Below are positions 1 to 14,100 of a stretch of DNA of 64,000 nt, piece by piece. Position 1 is the first letter of the stretch. Every line of letters begins with the position of its first letter. Source of the DNA: Pecten maximus (Eukaryota); contig NC_047016.1 of the NCBI RefSeq assembly GCF_902652985.1, forward strand, positions 38,688,001 through 38,752,000, in the 5' to 3' direction. Both the position numbers and the translations under genes were made by a program. The notes beneath the pieces were generated by a model that was not told the DNA's origin, made no database searches, and saw only the letters and a program-made list of their open reading frames with translations.

Positions 1-298
1 AGACATTTGATTGGCCGGATTTGAATTTATAAGGCATATACATTTATTTTCTTTTGACCTTGAAATGCAAATGGTAGTTGTGAATGATATTAATATCACA
101 CAAATATGGCATAAAAGGAGACACACTAATCTTTCCGATAGTTCCGAAAATTTTAAGAATAAATAGCGGTGATAAGTATGGTTAGTGGTTTGGTTAAGAT
201 AATGAAATAAGAACTCAAAATATCCATTTCTCATTTTTTAGATAGTGTTTTCTCAGAACATGCAAGTTTCCTTTTTGTGAATTTCCATGTCAATTTAC

Positions 299-430
299 AT
301 TAATCATTCTTGTTGGTCCCGATGGAAGCGCGCGAGGGGTCTGTAGGAAGAAACTGGAGTACCTAAAGAAAACCCATGTGGTCGGACAGGTAGCCCAAGT
401 GCGTTACCACTGTGGAACCCGACCACCCAA
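299..430 (-). mobile_element. Degraded SINE remnant (V-domain-like)
   Basis: GGAAGAAACTGGAGTACCTAAAGAAAACCC resembles the core of the intact SINE at 47379-47602 (GGAAAGCCAGAGTACCTGGAGAAAAACC). Confidence 0.45.
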
Positions 431-1184
431 ATGTATTTGCTATGAATTGTTAGGTTAGGATTTCAGGTCAGACGGTTGGCATTACAGTTGCAATGCTGTT
501 GGTCATGAGTCACTTTCTGATAGATCGTTCTATGACAATATAATATATGAATGAAATTGCATTGACTATGTGCAAGCTGCAAATTAAGGGTATGCGGGTA
601 TGATCTCATCTGAAACAACAGTGATGATTATTGTGGGTGATGGGTACATATATATATAGTAATCCGTATGATACTAAGGCTGTGCTGTGACAAGTCTCGC
701 TGTGAAGTTAGTGGATATTGTTGATTAAGATATCAATTTACATAAACTTGTTTATTTTAACACTCTCAGATGTTAGCGCTTTACGGAATCATGTGTGTTA
801 TAAACATGAAACTAAGTTGATCCTCATAATTATCAACTAGGATGACATATGCGAACGTTCCCAATTTGGCGTACTCGAATTTCCGCGCATTTCGGAATTA
901 TAACAGGGTACCCAGTGATGAAATTATTTTCGATGGAAATGGTATATAGATAGAAAGTCAATCATCGTAATGATTCCAGCGTAAAAATCACGAAAATAAG
1001 TTTATCGTCTTAATATGTATGTTTATAGTATCCGGGCCCTTTGTTATAAACATGTAGTTTATTTGGAATTGATATTTTGATAATACTGAGAAAAAAAGAG
1101 CGTTGACTGTCTTGAAGTTCACAAATGACGTCACACAGCACATGCATACTCTCTGTCTCTCAGGTAAAGATTCGAGGTGAGTGG

Positions 1185-1345
1185 TTCGAGAGCCTGAGAA
1201 AGGGGCCGGGCCGGGCTGTGCTGTCGAGACTGTGCCTTGAGCAAGACACTTTACCTTAATTGCTCTGGATTGCATGTGACGGGCCTCCCATATGTTGTTC
1301 AGTGAGGTAGTCACCAACTACTACAAGGAGAACCTGCCTCAAAAC
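1185..1345 (+). mobile_element. CORE-like SINE fragment
   Basis: TGTGCCTTGAGCAAGACACTTTACC resembles the CORE-SINE motif. Aligns by eye with 30895-31035 (GAGAAAGGGGC...TATGTTGTT..GTGAGGTA.TCACCA.CTAC..CAAGGAGA.CCTG.CTCAAAA). Confidence 0.5.
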
Positions 1346-2293
1346 GTATTTTCAGTCTGATGCCATCGTACTGTTGTAATGTCCAATAGTTACTGTTTGA
1401 TGAGATACAAATAAGTCTACAAATGGAAGGACTTTTACATATAATGTATCAGTCAGAATCAGATATCTTACATATTCGTTATTACGATATATACGTCGTA
1501 AATACGAGATAATTATCTCCATATTAAGGCTTACTACTAGCAAGTCGTTATCGTGACACGTTGTACTTATTTGTAATGAGGACATAAAATAATGCATGTG
1601 GCACTAACTTGCTTCCATAATAATGTTATCCTGATTGAAACAAACATTTCTATTGAAAAATCTCTATGACGTCAATTCATATATAGATGATTTGCGAAGT
1701 AATAAGAGACCTGGTTTTGTATAAAGATACATAACTCAAAAATAATTCACGTTAATCCGGATCTAATTGTTTTTTCATGGATTATTTTGTGTTGTGGATT
1801 TATCCTGCTGTGACAAACACAACTTCATGACAATGGGATCAACATCCGACTCTCAATAAGGATCATTCGTGCACAGAGGATTACTCCGCCAACAGGTGGT
1901 CAATACGACTGATTTCTATTTTGGACAAGTAATCCTTAATATGATATGAAACTCATAAAATGCTACCTCCAGAGAAAAAAAGATTTCCAATCGAACGTCA
2001 GACCTACGTTTGAGAACAGATTGTAAGAGTTATCACCCTGTGATCGCTGATACATATTGTATGTAGTCGGGGCCGTTTTGTTTTTGCGTTCCAAACGGAC
2101 GGACCAGTTGGACCGATGTTGTTCGTTAATGAAATAAAGACGGACCTCATGATTTTATATTGTTTTCAGACGAGCCTTGCCTGTATCAAAATTTGCAGGT
2201 CCGTCAAGGAATATGTTTGAAATATTACATTTAAAAACCGACGAACCGGATTGTCCGCATAAACGACCATGCCCCAGGTGTCGTGTTGGAAAA

Positions 2294-2410
2294 CGTGACG
2301 AAGTAATATATAGGGGAGATAACTCGTGACGAAATATTTAGGAGAGATAACTCGTGACGAAACATAAAGGGGAGATAATTCGTGACGAAAGATATTTGGG
2401 AGGTAACTCC
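2294..2410. repeat. Short tandem repeat, ~29-bp unit x4
   Basis: CGTGACGAA...GGAGATAACT repeated four times. Confidence 0.75.
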
Positions 2411-3299
2411 TAAGTCTAGGATGAAATATTATAACAATTTTATATCATTTCTTTGATCAATATGAACATGTTTATGCAAACATTTTGCTAAGAACAATCC
2501 GAAAATTACCAGGATATGAAGTCTGTTTTCATAGACTTCCAATGGATTTCAAATATCTATTCATTGTAACAGTGACCAATTTGACCCCCATGTGGTTGAT
2601 TGTAATTTCGTACAAGAGGTGATAGTTGTGAATAAGCGTAACGGACGCAGTTTCAGGAAAATTGGATGAGTTATGAAGTTGGTAGACCGAGGACCTTAAA
2701 AATCAATCTTCAGTAACAGTGACTTCATTTTTAACCTCCTGTGGTTGAAACGCGAACAAGTACAAGAGATGAAATTGTTGTGAGTAAGTGTATGAAGTTT
2801 TAGGAAAATCGGAATATTAATGACGCCGGAAAGCGAGAATGTCGACAATCTAATTATAGGAACGGTGACCTCATTTTGACTGCAGGTGGTTGAAGCGTTC
2901 GTTCGTGCAAGATAAGATAGTTGTGAGTAAGTGTATGAAATTTCTGGATAATTGGACAATTAATTAAGTCTGTAAAGTAAGGACGTCTTTGGAGCATATC
3001 CCTATATCAACTCCTCGACTCGTCGCGAGGATATTATAAAGCACTTGTGCATATTAGTAAGTAAAATACACAACCAAAAGGCAAAAGAGTATACCGACAT
3101 TCCAAAGTTAGTCGGAAATAAAGAAAAGGTCAACTGACCAAAGGTCTAGATCACTGAAACAAATGTCAATGTCAAATTTTGTATCGAGGAACATGTTATC
3201 ACATTATTTTAAAAAATGGTCAGAATTAAGCATCAAGTAAACTGACCAAATGAGAAGGCCACTGGGTAAGAGTTCAAGGTCAAGGACATTTTGTCATGA

Positions 3300-3957
3300 C
3301 ATTATAAAGATAATTTGGTTAAATATGGAAATAGAGGTTAATCGCTACTAGTCATGAACGACGAAATAGATTTTGATGAAATTTGGTATGGAGTATTATT
3401 GGGCAAAGGAGATCCGTTGTTGTACAAATGGGGGTGGGATTACCCTGGGGCTGGATGGGCGGGACCCGACGGAGAAATATAGGTAAATACTTCAATCGCT
3501 AATAATCTTGTATGACTGAATGAATTTCAATCAAATTTGTTGTAGAGTATAATTGGGTAAATAAGATCAGTGTTGCAGGAACGGAGGGTGTGGTTCCACT
3601 GGGGTCATAGGGGCGGTGCCTAATAGGAGAAATAGAGGCTTTATATCACTACCAGTCCTGAACGACTAAATGAATTTTGATTAATTTTAATCTGGAGCGT
3701 TAATTGGCACAGGATATCCAAAGCTGTATAAATGAATGTGACTACACAGGATCTAGTGCGGTGACACCGAATAGTGGAAAAAACTATTGTTTTAATCCTT
3801 CTCCTTTATGATTTACATGATTTGGTCCAGATTTGGGTTTAACCATTGTTGGGAGAAGTAACTCAAAAAGTAGGAAATATAATTTCAATGAGAATGTTTT
3901 GCCATGAAAACTGAGATATTCAGGTGAGCGATGCAGGCTCTCTGGGTCTCTTGTTTT
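3300..3957 (+). mobile_element. Degraded Helentron/HINE-type element
   Basis: Ends in GGTGAGCGATGCAGGCTCTCTGGGTCTCTTGTT, the reverse complement of the terminus at 41434 (AACAAGAGGCCCATGGGGCCTGTATCGCTCACC). Degenerate ~155-bp internal repeats. Confidence 0.6.
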
Positions 3958-6900
3958 GTTTTTTCAAAAAGTTTACAATCTAGTATCAATCATGCAAGTA
4001 TGGATTCAGTATACATGTACAGGCCAAAAAGATATTATAACACACGGTGAAAATGGTCAGAAAAACGGGAAATTTTAGAAATATTAATTACTTTAGTATA
4101 CCTCAATAATAATATCAAACTAACAAGATAACGGTATATTACGAAACAGGAACATGAAGTTTGTCTACCTTATAAAAATCTCTATATGTGTCTCTAACAT
4201 TATAGATAATACACAGGTTGTAAACTTGTTGTCTGAATAATCATGAAATGCCTAAATCATGTCTCTCTCTAGAAAGGAATCTGATAATATAGAAAGGGAA
4301 ATAACATATAAAGAGGTAGGAAACACTTTCAAAATAATGAAAAATAATAAAAGCTCAAGGTCAGATGTACTTACAATTGAATTATTTTAATGGGTTTTTA
4401 TTGGTGGCGGGGGGGTGGGGGGTGGGGGGGGGGGGGGGGGTGGAGGGGTGTTGTAGTCAGATCAATTTTGGGCCAACTTTCTATAACACAAATACAGGGA
4501 ATAACAGCTTGTATATCTAAAGTGGATAAGTGACCATATCAGAGTAATGAGAAATGCCAGGCCGTACTTATAACTTTCAATGACATAGCTCTTCTTGCAA
4601 ACTGTGGTTCTGAATATATTCAGGGTTGCGTAAATAGGTGAAAAATAAATTCTAGAGTTAATGTTACGTATTAAACACAAAGTATGATGATAGATTACTT
4701 CAGGAAACATATTGAAAGTTTGGTAATCATTTGGTTAAATGATAAAATCAAAATAGGAGGAAGATTCGGAAAGAAGTATGATAATAAGCATTTTTATTAT
4801 AAATTATATGGCAAAAGATGTTAAGGCAGGGTTGTTTTGCATATGTATAGAATGTATTCAAAAATGCAAAGTAAACATTTGTAACCAGTATCGGAGTCTT
4901 GTCTCTGTAGTTTAAGGTTTAAGTTCATCATATCATACAAACAAACATGAAATAATTAATTTCTAAATACCTATCAATTTACAATTTTTCTCACGGATAA
5001 AATGTTTTGCAATATCATAATCAAATAAGATATGCTACCATTTGGCACTAGAAAGTGAAATATTACCTTTGACAATACGGCTAACTTAGTGAAATTTTTT
5101 TAAAATGCCATTCTCTGTAACAACAAGCACTAAACTTAGGTGATTCCCGTATGGAGTAATTTATCATTCAACATTTAAGTAGTTACCTCCCCTCATTCGT
5201 GTATTATATATTTATAACATGGAAATGTCAAGAAGCACAAAACTGGTAGAAACTCTTTATAGATTATTAGAAGCTATTTTAATTTCATCTTCAGTAAAAA
5301 GATTTTTTCTCTCAGTAATCGAGTTGAAAGGAGATCGTCATTATCATGCTTACATAGCTCACTAAATACAAAAGGTATTGTCAACATAAAATACAATTGT
5401 ATGATTCAAAAATACATTGTTAATGAATGATAAGGATGAGAACGCTAAGCACACATTATTCATCTAAAAATGGGACTAACTAAGTTGTGATTACAATAAA
5501 TTATTAATCATTATTATTATCTCCCGCTTTTGACGGACAATAGTTAGCAGTGATGACCCCTTGATTAATGTTTGATGTTGTTTCCATTCAATAACTTCCA
5601 CAAATATTGTCTGTTATCATCAAACGTAGTAACATCGTCTCTTGATTTATGAAAAATATTTCCGAAAGTCTTCAAACTAAAGAACAGGATTAAATGTATT
5701 AAGGGTTCGGCAAAATTCATGATAGGGTTCGATTAAGGGCAGATGAGAGTAGAAAAGTCATGCAAAATCAGTTTACTTTGTCCCGCAGTACATACTCAAT
5801 AAAACATCTTATTTCTGCATAAGGCTTTCCTTTTTTCTACGAGTTTCCAGGAATACATTATGGCCCTACATTTTTTCTTTTCTCCATCGTAGAATCTAAA
5901 ATAGCCCTTCACAAAGCCAGTGGTATATATGCACGTCATCCCGCCAATTAACCCCGACTTATCCAACATTTCTTTTCTTTATTTTCTCAATCTCTTTCTT
6001 GATTCCTCTCTCTTATATACACAATACAATGTACACATTATTATAAAAAAAAAATACATTAATTACCTAAGAACTTTTTTTCTTACTTTCTTTCCTTCAG
6101 TGCGATTTCTTATCTTAACATTTAATTTCGTAATCAGAAGATAAACACGAATGTCGTCAATTATTTTAATACTTGATAATAATAGGTATGTGCGCGAACA
6201 ATACATATATTTTTTGTGGTGAAATTCCGTTTATTATGTTGGTACATTGAAATGTGTGTGTGGTTTTGACATGGCAAGAGTTATACTGTATATAGAGATG
6301 ATAAGTGTTTCAAGATAACCATATATAAATGTTATATGTGCTTTATGATTTGTCCGACACATGGTTGTGCTGCAGACAATAGAATATTAAAACATTATTT
6401 TTGATGTGTGTTTTATGTGCGTGTTGTTTGATATGCGTATGTTGGGGAAAATATTTGAATATTTGTATGTGTCTGGATTGTGTGGGTGGGTGAGGGTGTG
6501 GACTGATGAGCAAATGTCAATAACAATATATTGAAATGCTTTTTGATGTGTTTGGAGTATGTAGGTACTATTTGCATATGCATTGGATAGAAGGGTACAC
6601 AGCTTATTCTGAATGTTAACGAGGAATGTATAAAGGTTGTTTGCACAGATGTTGTGGCGTTTGAATAATATGCATATACTCATATGTCCTTTGTATAATC
6701 TAAATAGTCAATTATAAAAAAAATCGTAATATCATGATTTTTTAAATCCGAAAAAATACACCTTAAATACAATAAGACATATTTTCTATGTTTTTATTTC
6801 CTTTCCATCACATCTCTCACAACCATCCAGGATCATATCTATCGGTAATATGTTAATTCCGTGACATATATTTTGAAGGGTTACAGAGAGGCCGATATGT

Positions 6901-7138
6901 CGTCTATATTCCATAAAGAACTGATACAGATTTAAACCTGTCGCAATAAAAACAATTAGGTGACTGATATGAAAGTTTGGACTATAATGTTCTTTTTTAG
7001 TTAATCTATACCTTATATATAGAATATAAACTTGCGGTGAATATATGAATGCATATGTGACGTTATCAAATATGAATTTCAATATTGATTCTCAAATAAC
7101 GATTCCTGAATTTAGGTCTATGGTATTATAAAACTGCA

Positions 7139-8810
7139 AAGTGATATAGGGATGTGTAGAGTGATATAAGGATGTGTATAGTGATATAAGGATGTGTATA
7201 GTGATATAGGGATGTGTAGAGTGATATAGGGATGTGTAGAGTGATATAGGGATGTGTAGAGTGATATAGGGATGTGTATAGTGATATAAGGATGTGTAGA
7301 GTGATATAGGGATGTATAGAGTGATATAGGATGTATAGAGTGATATAAGGATGTGTATAGTGATATAAGGATGTGTATAGTGATATAAGGATGTGTATAG
7401 TGATATAGGGATGTGTAGAGTGATATAAGGATGTGTATAGTGATATAGGGATGTGTAGAGTGATATAAGGATGTGTATAGTGATATAAGGATGTGTAGAG
7501 TGATATAGGGATGTATAGAGTGATATAAGGATGTGTATAGTGATATAAGGATGTGTAGAGTGATATAAGGATGTGTATAGTGATATAAGGATGTGTATAG
7601 TGATATAAGGATGTGTATAGTGATATAAGGATGTGTAGAGTGATATAGGGATGTGTATAGTGATATAGGGATGTGTATAGTGATATAGGGATGTGTATAG
7701 TGATATACGAATGTATAGAGTGATATAGGGATGTGTAGAGTGATATAGGGATGGGTAGAGTGATATAGGGATGTATAGAATGATATAGGGATGCGAAGAG
7801 TGATATAGGGATATGTATAGTGATATAAGGATGTGTATAGTGATATAGGGACGTGTATAGTGATATAAGGATGTGTATAGTGATATAGGGATGTATAGAA
7901 TGATATAGGGATGCGAAGAGTGATATAGGGATATGTATAGTGATATAAGGATGTGTATAGTGATATAGGGATGTATAGAGTGATATAGGGATGTATAGAG
8001 TGATATAGGGATGTGTAGAGTGATATAGGGATGTGTATAGGGATATAGGGATGTGTATAGTGATATAAGGATGTGTAGAGTGATATAGGGATGTGTAGAG
8101 TGATATAAGGATGTGTAGAGTGATATAGGGATGTGTATAGTGATATAGAGATGTGTAGAGTGATATAGGGATGTGTAGAGTGATATAGGGATGTGTAGAG
8201 TGATATAGGGATGTGTAGAGTGATATAGGGATGTGTAGAGTGATATAGGGATGTGTAGAGTGATATAGGGATGCGAAGAGTGATATAGGGATATGTATAG
8301 TGATATAAGGATGTGTATAGTGATATAGGGATGTGTATAGTGATATAAGGATGTGTATAGTGATATAGGGATGTATAGAATGATATAGGGATGCGAAGAG
8401 TGATATAGGGATATGTATAGTGATATAAGGATGTGTATAGTGATATAGGGATGTATAGAGTGATATAGGGATGTGTAGAGTGATATAGGGATGTGTATAG
8501 GGATATAGGGATGTGTAGAGTGATATAGGGATGTGTAGAGTGATATAGGGATGTGTAGAGTGATATAGGGATGTGTATAGTGATATAAGGATGTGTAGAG
8601 TGATAAAGGGATGTGTAGAGTGATTTAGGGATGTGTTGAGTGATATTTGGATGTGTAGAGTGATATAAGGATGTGTAGAGTAATATAGGGATGTGTATAG
8701 TGATATAGGGATGTGTATAATGATATAGGGATGTGTAGAGTGATAAAGGGATGTGTAGAGTGATTAAGGGATGTGTAGTGATATAGGGATGTGTAGAGTG
8801 ATTTAGGGAT
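7139..8810. repeat. 20-bp minisatellite (AGTGATATA[A/G]GGATGT[G/A]TA[G/T]), ~83 copies
   Basis: Directly visible tandem array; it explains the spurious 580-aa minus-strand ORF. Confidence 0.97.
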
Positions 8811-9359
8811 GGTAGAAATATTCCAGGGGTAACGATCACGTGTGAAGAGATCGTATACATATAATCATCAAGGGAGGACTTATTTGTGGAATTTCATTAA
8901 ATCCCATCACATTACGAATAAACCGCGTTTTATTGATTTAATTGATTAAAGTAATCAAAAATTATTTTCTTCAAAGTTCGTCCTTTTTTCTTTCGTTTTA
9001 CATAAATACTTCGCCTATAATAACCACATTAGTGAAGAGAATTTTTAGACGTGAATTCAATAATGGACGCCTAATAAAGAAATATAAAATTCTATCATAT
9101 ATCTTTTGTTCAGCAAGCTCAATGATACTAGGGACCAAAGTTTGGTAATCTTAAAAGGAAGTCTGAAAATCAAAATGGGCCTTAACAAATGTTAAATATA
9201 GAAAGAGAGGGTTATCAAAGACTAAATGTTCAGTAGCAGATCATCACTGTCAGAATGTCAGCTGTGGAACGTTGAGCAATCGACGATCAGGGAATCCTCC
9301 TTTGATTCGGGTTATAATGATCACTTTTCCATCCCCGACATTCCAGGGGTTGCGCTTCT

Positions 9360-10683
9360 CTACTCTCGCCCGCGAGAGCGAGAACGAGAGCGAGTTTCAC
9401 GACCGGAGAGTGGTGATTGAGGGCGTGATTGAGCCTGGACACTCCTGGAGTTACGCTCATGACTGCTGTTTGGAGAGTGGCAGTGAGCATAATCCCTGGA
9501 GTATCGAGGACTAGGAAATATACTCCCATCTTCATTGCTCTTCTGTTTTCGTTCATTTAAGACATGGACATTTCCAAAGGAGCTAGCATTTCTAAAAGCT
9601 TTGATATCTTCGGGAAAAGAATGTTTCAATTGTCTCCGTTTCATTTTTGACATTCTATTTTCAATAAATGCCTTACTGTCTTTGCATTTTTTCTCTGTTC
9701 TCTTCATTTGGAGAAACAGTTCGGTGTCTGCGCTGTGGTCTCACGATTTCTCAAATATCTGTCTAGAATTTTTGACCACCTTTTGCTGTAAGTAACATTT
9801 TTCGGTGTCAGCGCTTATTTCAACCGCTGCACATGTGTACGCGTCAGACAGCTGTTTCAGAAAACGGTTGTGTAGAGCAATGATCTGATTCATTAGAGCG
9901 TCTTTCAGTTCTTTAGCAGATCTCTCAATGTTAAGCTTTTCCCTGTTCAATTGTGACAAGTTTTCCTCAAGAGATTTTGCCGCGTTCCCAATGTCTTTTT
10001 CACTCTGATTAAGATTATCGAATAGATCCCTAAACCTCTTTGTATTGCTTACATCCTTTGCTGCTTCGGAGAGTTCCAGGACAGTGTCACACTTACGATG
10101 GGATGCCGCTCCACAGATTGTACAGCATGGCTGGTCGTGGTCCACGCAATACAACTTGATCACTTCGTCAGCATGCTCGTTACACATTTCATTCGATGAA
10201 AGACACTTTAAATCTCGAAGAACGTCCTCAAGACCGATCAGTTTATGTTTTCTGGTAGCTTTCATTGCCCTATGTACCCTGTGTACACGGATCACAGTAA
10301 GCCTCAGAGCATTGTACACACCACTGTATTGCTGATACGTCTTTCTTCATTTCTCTACACGGGTCACATGATTTCTTTTGTCTCTCTATCATTGCTTTGT
10401 TAATCAATGATATAATAATGTGATTGCTGGGAAAAGTACTTGCCCATTCGGCTCTTTTGGCCCCTGTCGCATTATCCGGTAGGAGTGTCTCTGTGCGACA
10501 TATTGGACACATAAATACCACTCTTCTAGTGTTACCGTCTGTCTGTGTTACCTGTGCTTCTATCCATCCCTGTAGACAATGTTCACAAAATGTATGAAGA
10601 CATGGAAGAAACTTGGGTGATGTAAATGTCTGAAGGCAAATTGAGCACACTGTAAAATCATCAGGATCGCTGACTGTCGCCAT
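9360..10683 (-). pseudogene. TRIM E3 ligase (RING, B-box1, B-box2, coiled coil), intronless and disrupted
   Basis: RING CSICLQTFTSPKFLPCLHTFCEHC...CPIC; B-box1 CDPC...CVQCSEAYCDPC; B-box2 CNEH...YCVDHDQPCCTICGAASHRKC. One-base frameshift near 10281 (CDPCT/RVHRAMK). In-frame TGA at 9741-9743, after which the frame continues (DHSADTELFLQMKR...) to TAG at 9360. Confidence 0.85.
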
Positions 10684-11159
10684 CTCTCTTGTATTACTTC
10701 CTTTTCTACTTGTCAGTCATTCAGGCATGACAAATGGTTACCACAGTCAATATGGCTGCCGATCAAAAATGCTTTTTTTTTCTTATTTTTTTTCTCTATT
10801 ACTTAGTATTACTATTTTTTTTCAACTCAAAGTCATATGTGACGAGTAAACAAACCAAGAGTTTCGTTTAAAGAAAAAATAGACATCCCGAATTGAGAAC
10901 GAACATTATCGTTGTTTCAAAAACAAATGTTTTAAATGGATATATTTCTTAAAAAATAAATGATCAATAACACGCTAAGTATGTGGAGGAGACAACACAC
11001 GAATGAATATATATCGGTAAGCAAACTGGAGGGTCAAAGGTTAATTTTCTTTAAATAGCAACACTTAGTTTCTTTTTAATTTTGATATTACCCCTCCTAC
11101 ACGTTCATAAGGCGCCATCTTTGTAACCACAACCGTAAACTGATCGATGGTCAAAAAGA
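10684..11159. promoter_or_regulatory. Putative bidirectional promoter between the two TRIM genes
   Basis: About 480 bp between divergent ATGs (10683 minus, 11160 plus). YY1-like GCGCCATCTT near 11112 and AATATGGC near 10749. Confidence 0.45.
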
Positions 11160-14100
11160 ATGATGACACGACGGAAAAAACCAAGCCGATGGTAAGATAT
11201 ATCAGTTGAATGTGAATAAGCAAGTGCATGAAAATATATTTAAAGAAAAACGATAATAGGGTCGCTTAGCTGTTGACGTTATAGTTGAATCAAGGTATGT
11301 GGAGAATATATCTTATCAAAATCACTAGTTTTGTAATAACAATTACCTGACTATGGTTTAAACTAAAAACTGTCTATATGGTAAGGATTTGGCATAATTA
11401 ATATTGCATGATTTTATTATTTCAAGTTTGGTTATTTTGCAATTATAATACATAAGGTCTTGTATTAGGGACCAACCAACCAATTGTTTCCCATAGACTT
11501 TAGTGTTAACGTTTTGGAGTATTTCATTCAAATTCTTGAATTCAATATGACAATTATGGTTTATAACAAAAGTTTAGGGTCTGATATTACACCTAATCAA
11601 AAAAGTTGGGCCCTTCAGCTCAAATTTTCTCCAGGGTAAAAATGGGTGAATTTCGCAGTAAAAAATCTTAAATGTTTACCTGTTTATTATTATTACCTGA
11701 ACTTTGGGTGGGTGGGTGGGGGGGTGGGGGGGATCAACATTTCTTATTTATAGTTACCTATCAGGCTACAGATCTATTTTCTCACTTCATAACATACTGG
11801 ACAATCAGTGGCTGTCAGACATTTTATCCTTGGCTCAACTTTCTATACACAGGGGCTGTTTCAAAAATATATTTTTTCAATTGGTTAGTTGTTCCCTATT
11901 ACGGCTAGATACAACGTTGTACTATCTATATGTTGTGTAGTTTTGCCGTTTCAGGAATGTTTGCTCTTGTCAGCTATATTTGCATTGTATCATAAAATAT
12001 GGTCCTCTTGATGGCAATATAAACACGCTAACAATTTAGAACTATTTGCGGGCTGAAATGCGAGATAAAGTCCCGTCATATATTAGAGTAAATTAAAGAA
12101 CATTACACACTGCTGTTATACCTCACCAGAAGTCAGCCACAACTTAACTTGGTATCAACCAGTAATTCAGTGACACTTAATATCCAGTAGACTAACAAAA
12201 CATCAACTCACTACTTATTTTACTACAAGATCAACCTCTTGTTGACAAACAAATCCAGAAAACTCTAAATATAGACAAGACCCAGAAGGAAACATTATTT
12301 CCAGGATGCGACATCCAGATCACTTATATTCCGAGTCATAGGAAAGTGTCCAGTCCCTTTGTTTGTAATGAATAATCAATACTGGAAAAAGTCATATTTC
12401 CTTATAGCATTAAAATATATATATATATTTTTGCACTCAGAGTAAATAGCAGACTTTTTTCATTAGCAGAAAAGCAAATTATAAGATTACAAATGTATGT
12501 ATTTTCATTTGACGTTGCTCACAAGTTGGTTACACTCATGAAATACACAGAAAAACAGACAGACAGACACACACACACACACAAACAGACACACAGACAC
12601 ACAACAGACACACACACACACATAAATAACAGACAGACAAACTACTTTCACATTTATATATATATATATATATATATATGTAATTTTCTCTCATCACACA
12701 AGCTATATAATATCACTGAACTTCATTATATTGCAATGAACTAATGTGTTATAAGAAATATACGTGTAATTTATTTCGTGGTTTGGATCTTTCATATTAG
12801 TTCGTTGGTACAACCACACAACAATGATATATCAATGATACATACATCAATATTTTCATTCATCCGGTAAAAAAAGACTTTGAAATTTATATTATAAATG
12901 GCGTAGTGACAACGCATCTATCAGGAAATTGCACATTAGCATTTCGTTTTGAAAAATTATTTTCTCTATTTTTGTGTTTTTCGTTTTTGATAAATCAAAT
13001 GTTGATAGATGCTTATAGATGCAGAAATCATTATAAGTTTATTTCTTGTACAGATAAGATAAATGATTCCTGTCAAAACTAGCAGCGATTGTAACACTAG
13101 TAGATTAGTGTCATTAGTAAGACCAGTGCCAAAAGCTGATTTACGGTTTTCCAATGAGTAGGGAATTAACTGAAGATTAAACTATTGATGAGGTACATTT
13201 CAAACCGTCCTCGTTATTGTTTGATAAGTTTGATTCAACAAGACCAAACACATTTATAATTGTCAGTGGGTGAGCTGTTTTTATTCTCAAGAGGTATAAA
13301 TTTGTTGTCATGATTATGAATTGGAACATTTTATTTTCTAGGAAGGAAGCCAGCGTGGTGCTACAAGGAGTTGACACCATAACGTGCCATTTATGTAAGA
13401 AAACTTTCAACACACCGAAATGCCTTCCATGTCTTCACGCCTTCTGTGAATTATGTCTCTTTAAGTGGATCGTCTCTAAAGTTACAATACACGCCAGCAA
13501 ATCGTCTTTCAAATGTCCCACTTGTGGCATAGAAGCAGAGCCTCCTGTAGGATGGACCATTAACAATGTCACAAAATGGGCAAGTCTGTTTCCTGATGAT
13601 CATCTGATCCAGTCGTGTATTGACAGAGACAAGATACAAAAAATGTCAAAAATGTGTGATATATGCCAGGTGAACTCCAATCTTCGGAGAGCCGAGTATT
13701 GGTGCCGGCTATGCTGTGAGGGATATTGTTCTGCCTGCAAAGCCGTTCATGGGTCCATGAAGATTACCAAACGTCATGAAGTTGTCCCAGTGCATCATGT
13801 CTTAAAGAACCCATCTCTGATCAATCCACATGAACCCTGTAGGAAACATCCTGACGAATATATTCGCTTATTTTGCATTGACCATGACACACCGTGTTGT
13901 GCGCTATGTTCTATGGTAGATCACCGTAATTGTGACAACATTACTGATCTGTATGATGCCGCAAAGCACGTCAAGTCAAAACAGGAATATGAAAAACATA
14001 CAAAATTTCTTCGGAAATCTGTAAATGAAATTCAAACTTTTGAATCCCATATTGATAAAAACATTATGGAGCTTACAGAAAAGCGGGCGCAATTGGAAAA

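Noticed and set aside
1-7100. Possible gene in the first 7 kb
   Set aside because: Only repeat remnants and a poly-G run (4408-4449) were seen. No supportable exon chain was found, though small exons could be missed by eye.
7118-8860. 580-aa His/Tyr/Ile-rich ORF
   Set aside because: It is the translation of a 20-bp minisatellite whose minus strand lacks stops; there is no non-repetitive coding context.
9741-9743. In-frame TGA as selenocysteine or programmed readthrough
   Set aside because: It is not at a conserved Cys position, no SECIS was recognised, and the gene also has an upstream frameshift.
13310-13341. ATG at 13310 as the true TRIM start
   Set aside because: It overlaps a polypyrimidine tract and AG acceptor, and an in-phase upstream exon exists at 11160-11191. 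Not fully excluded.
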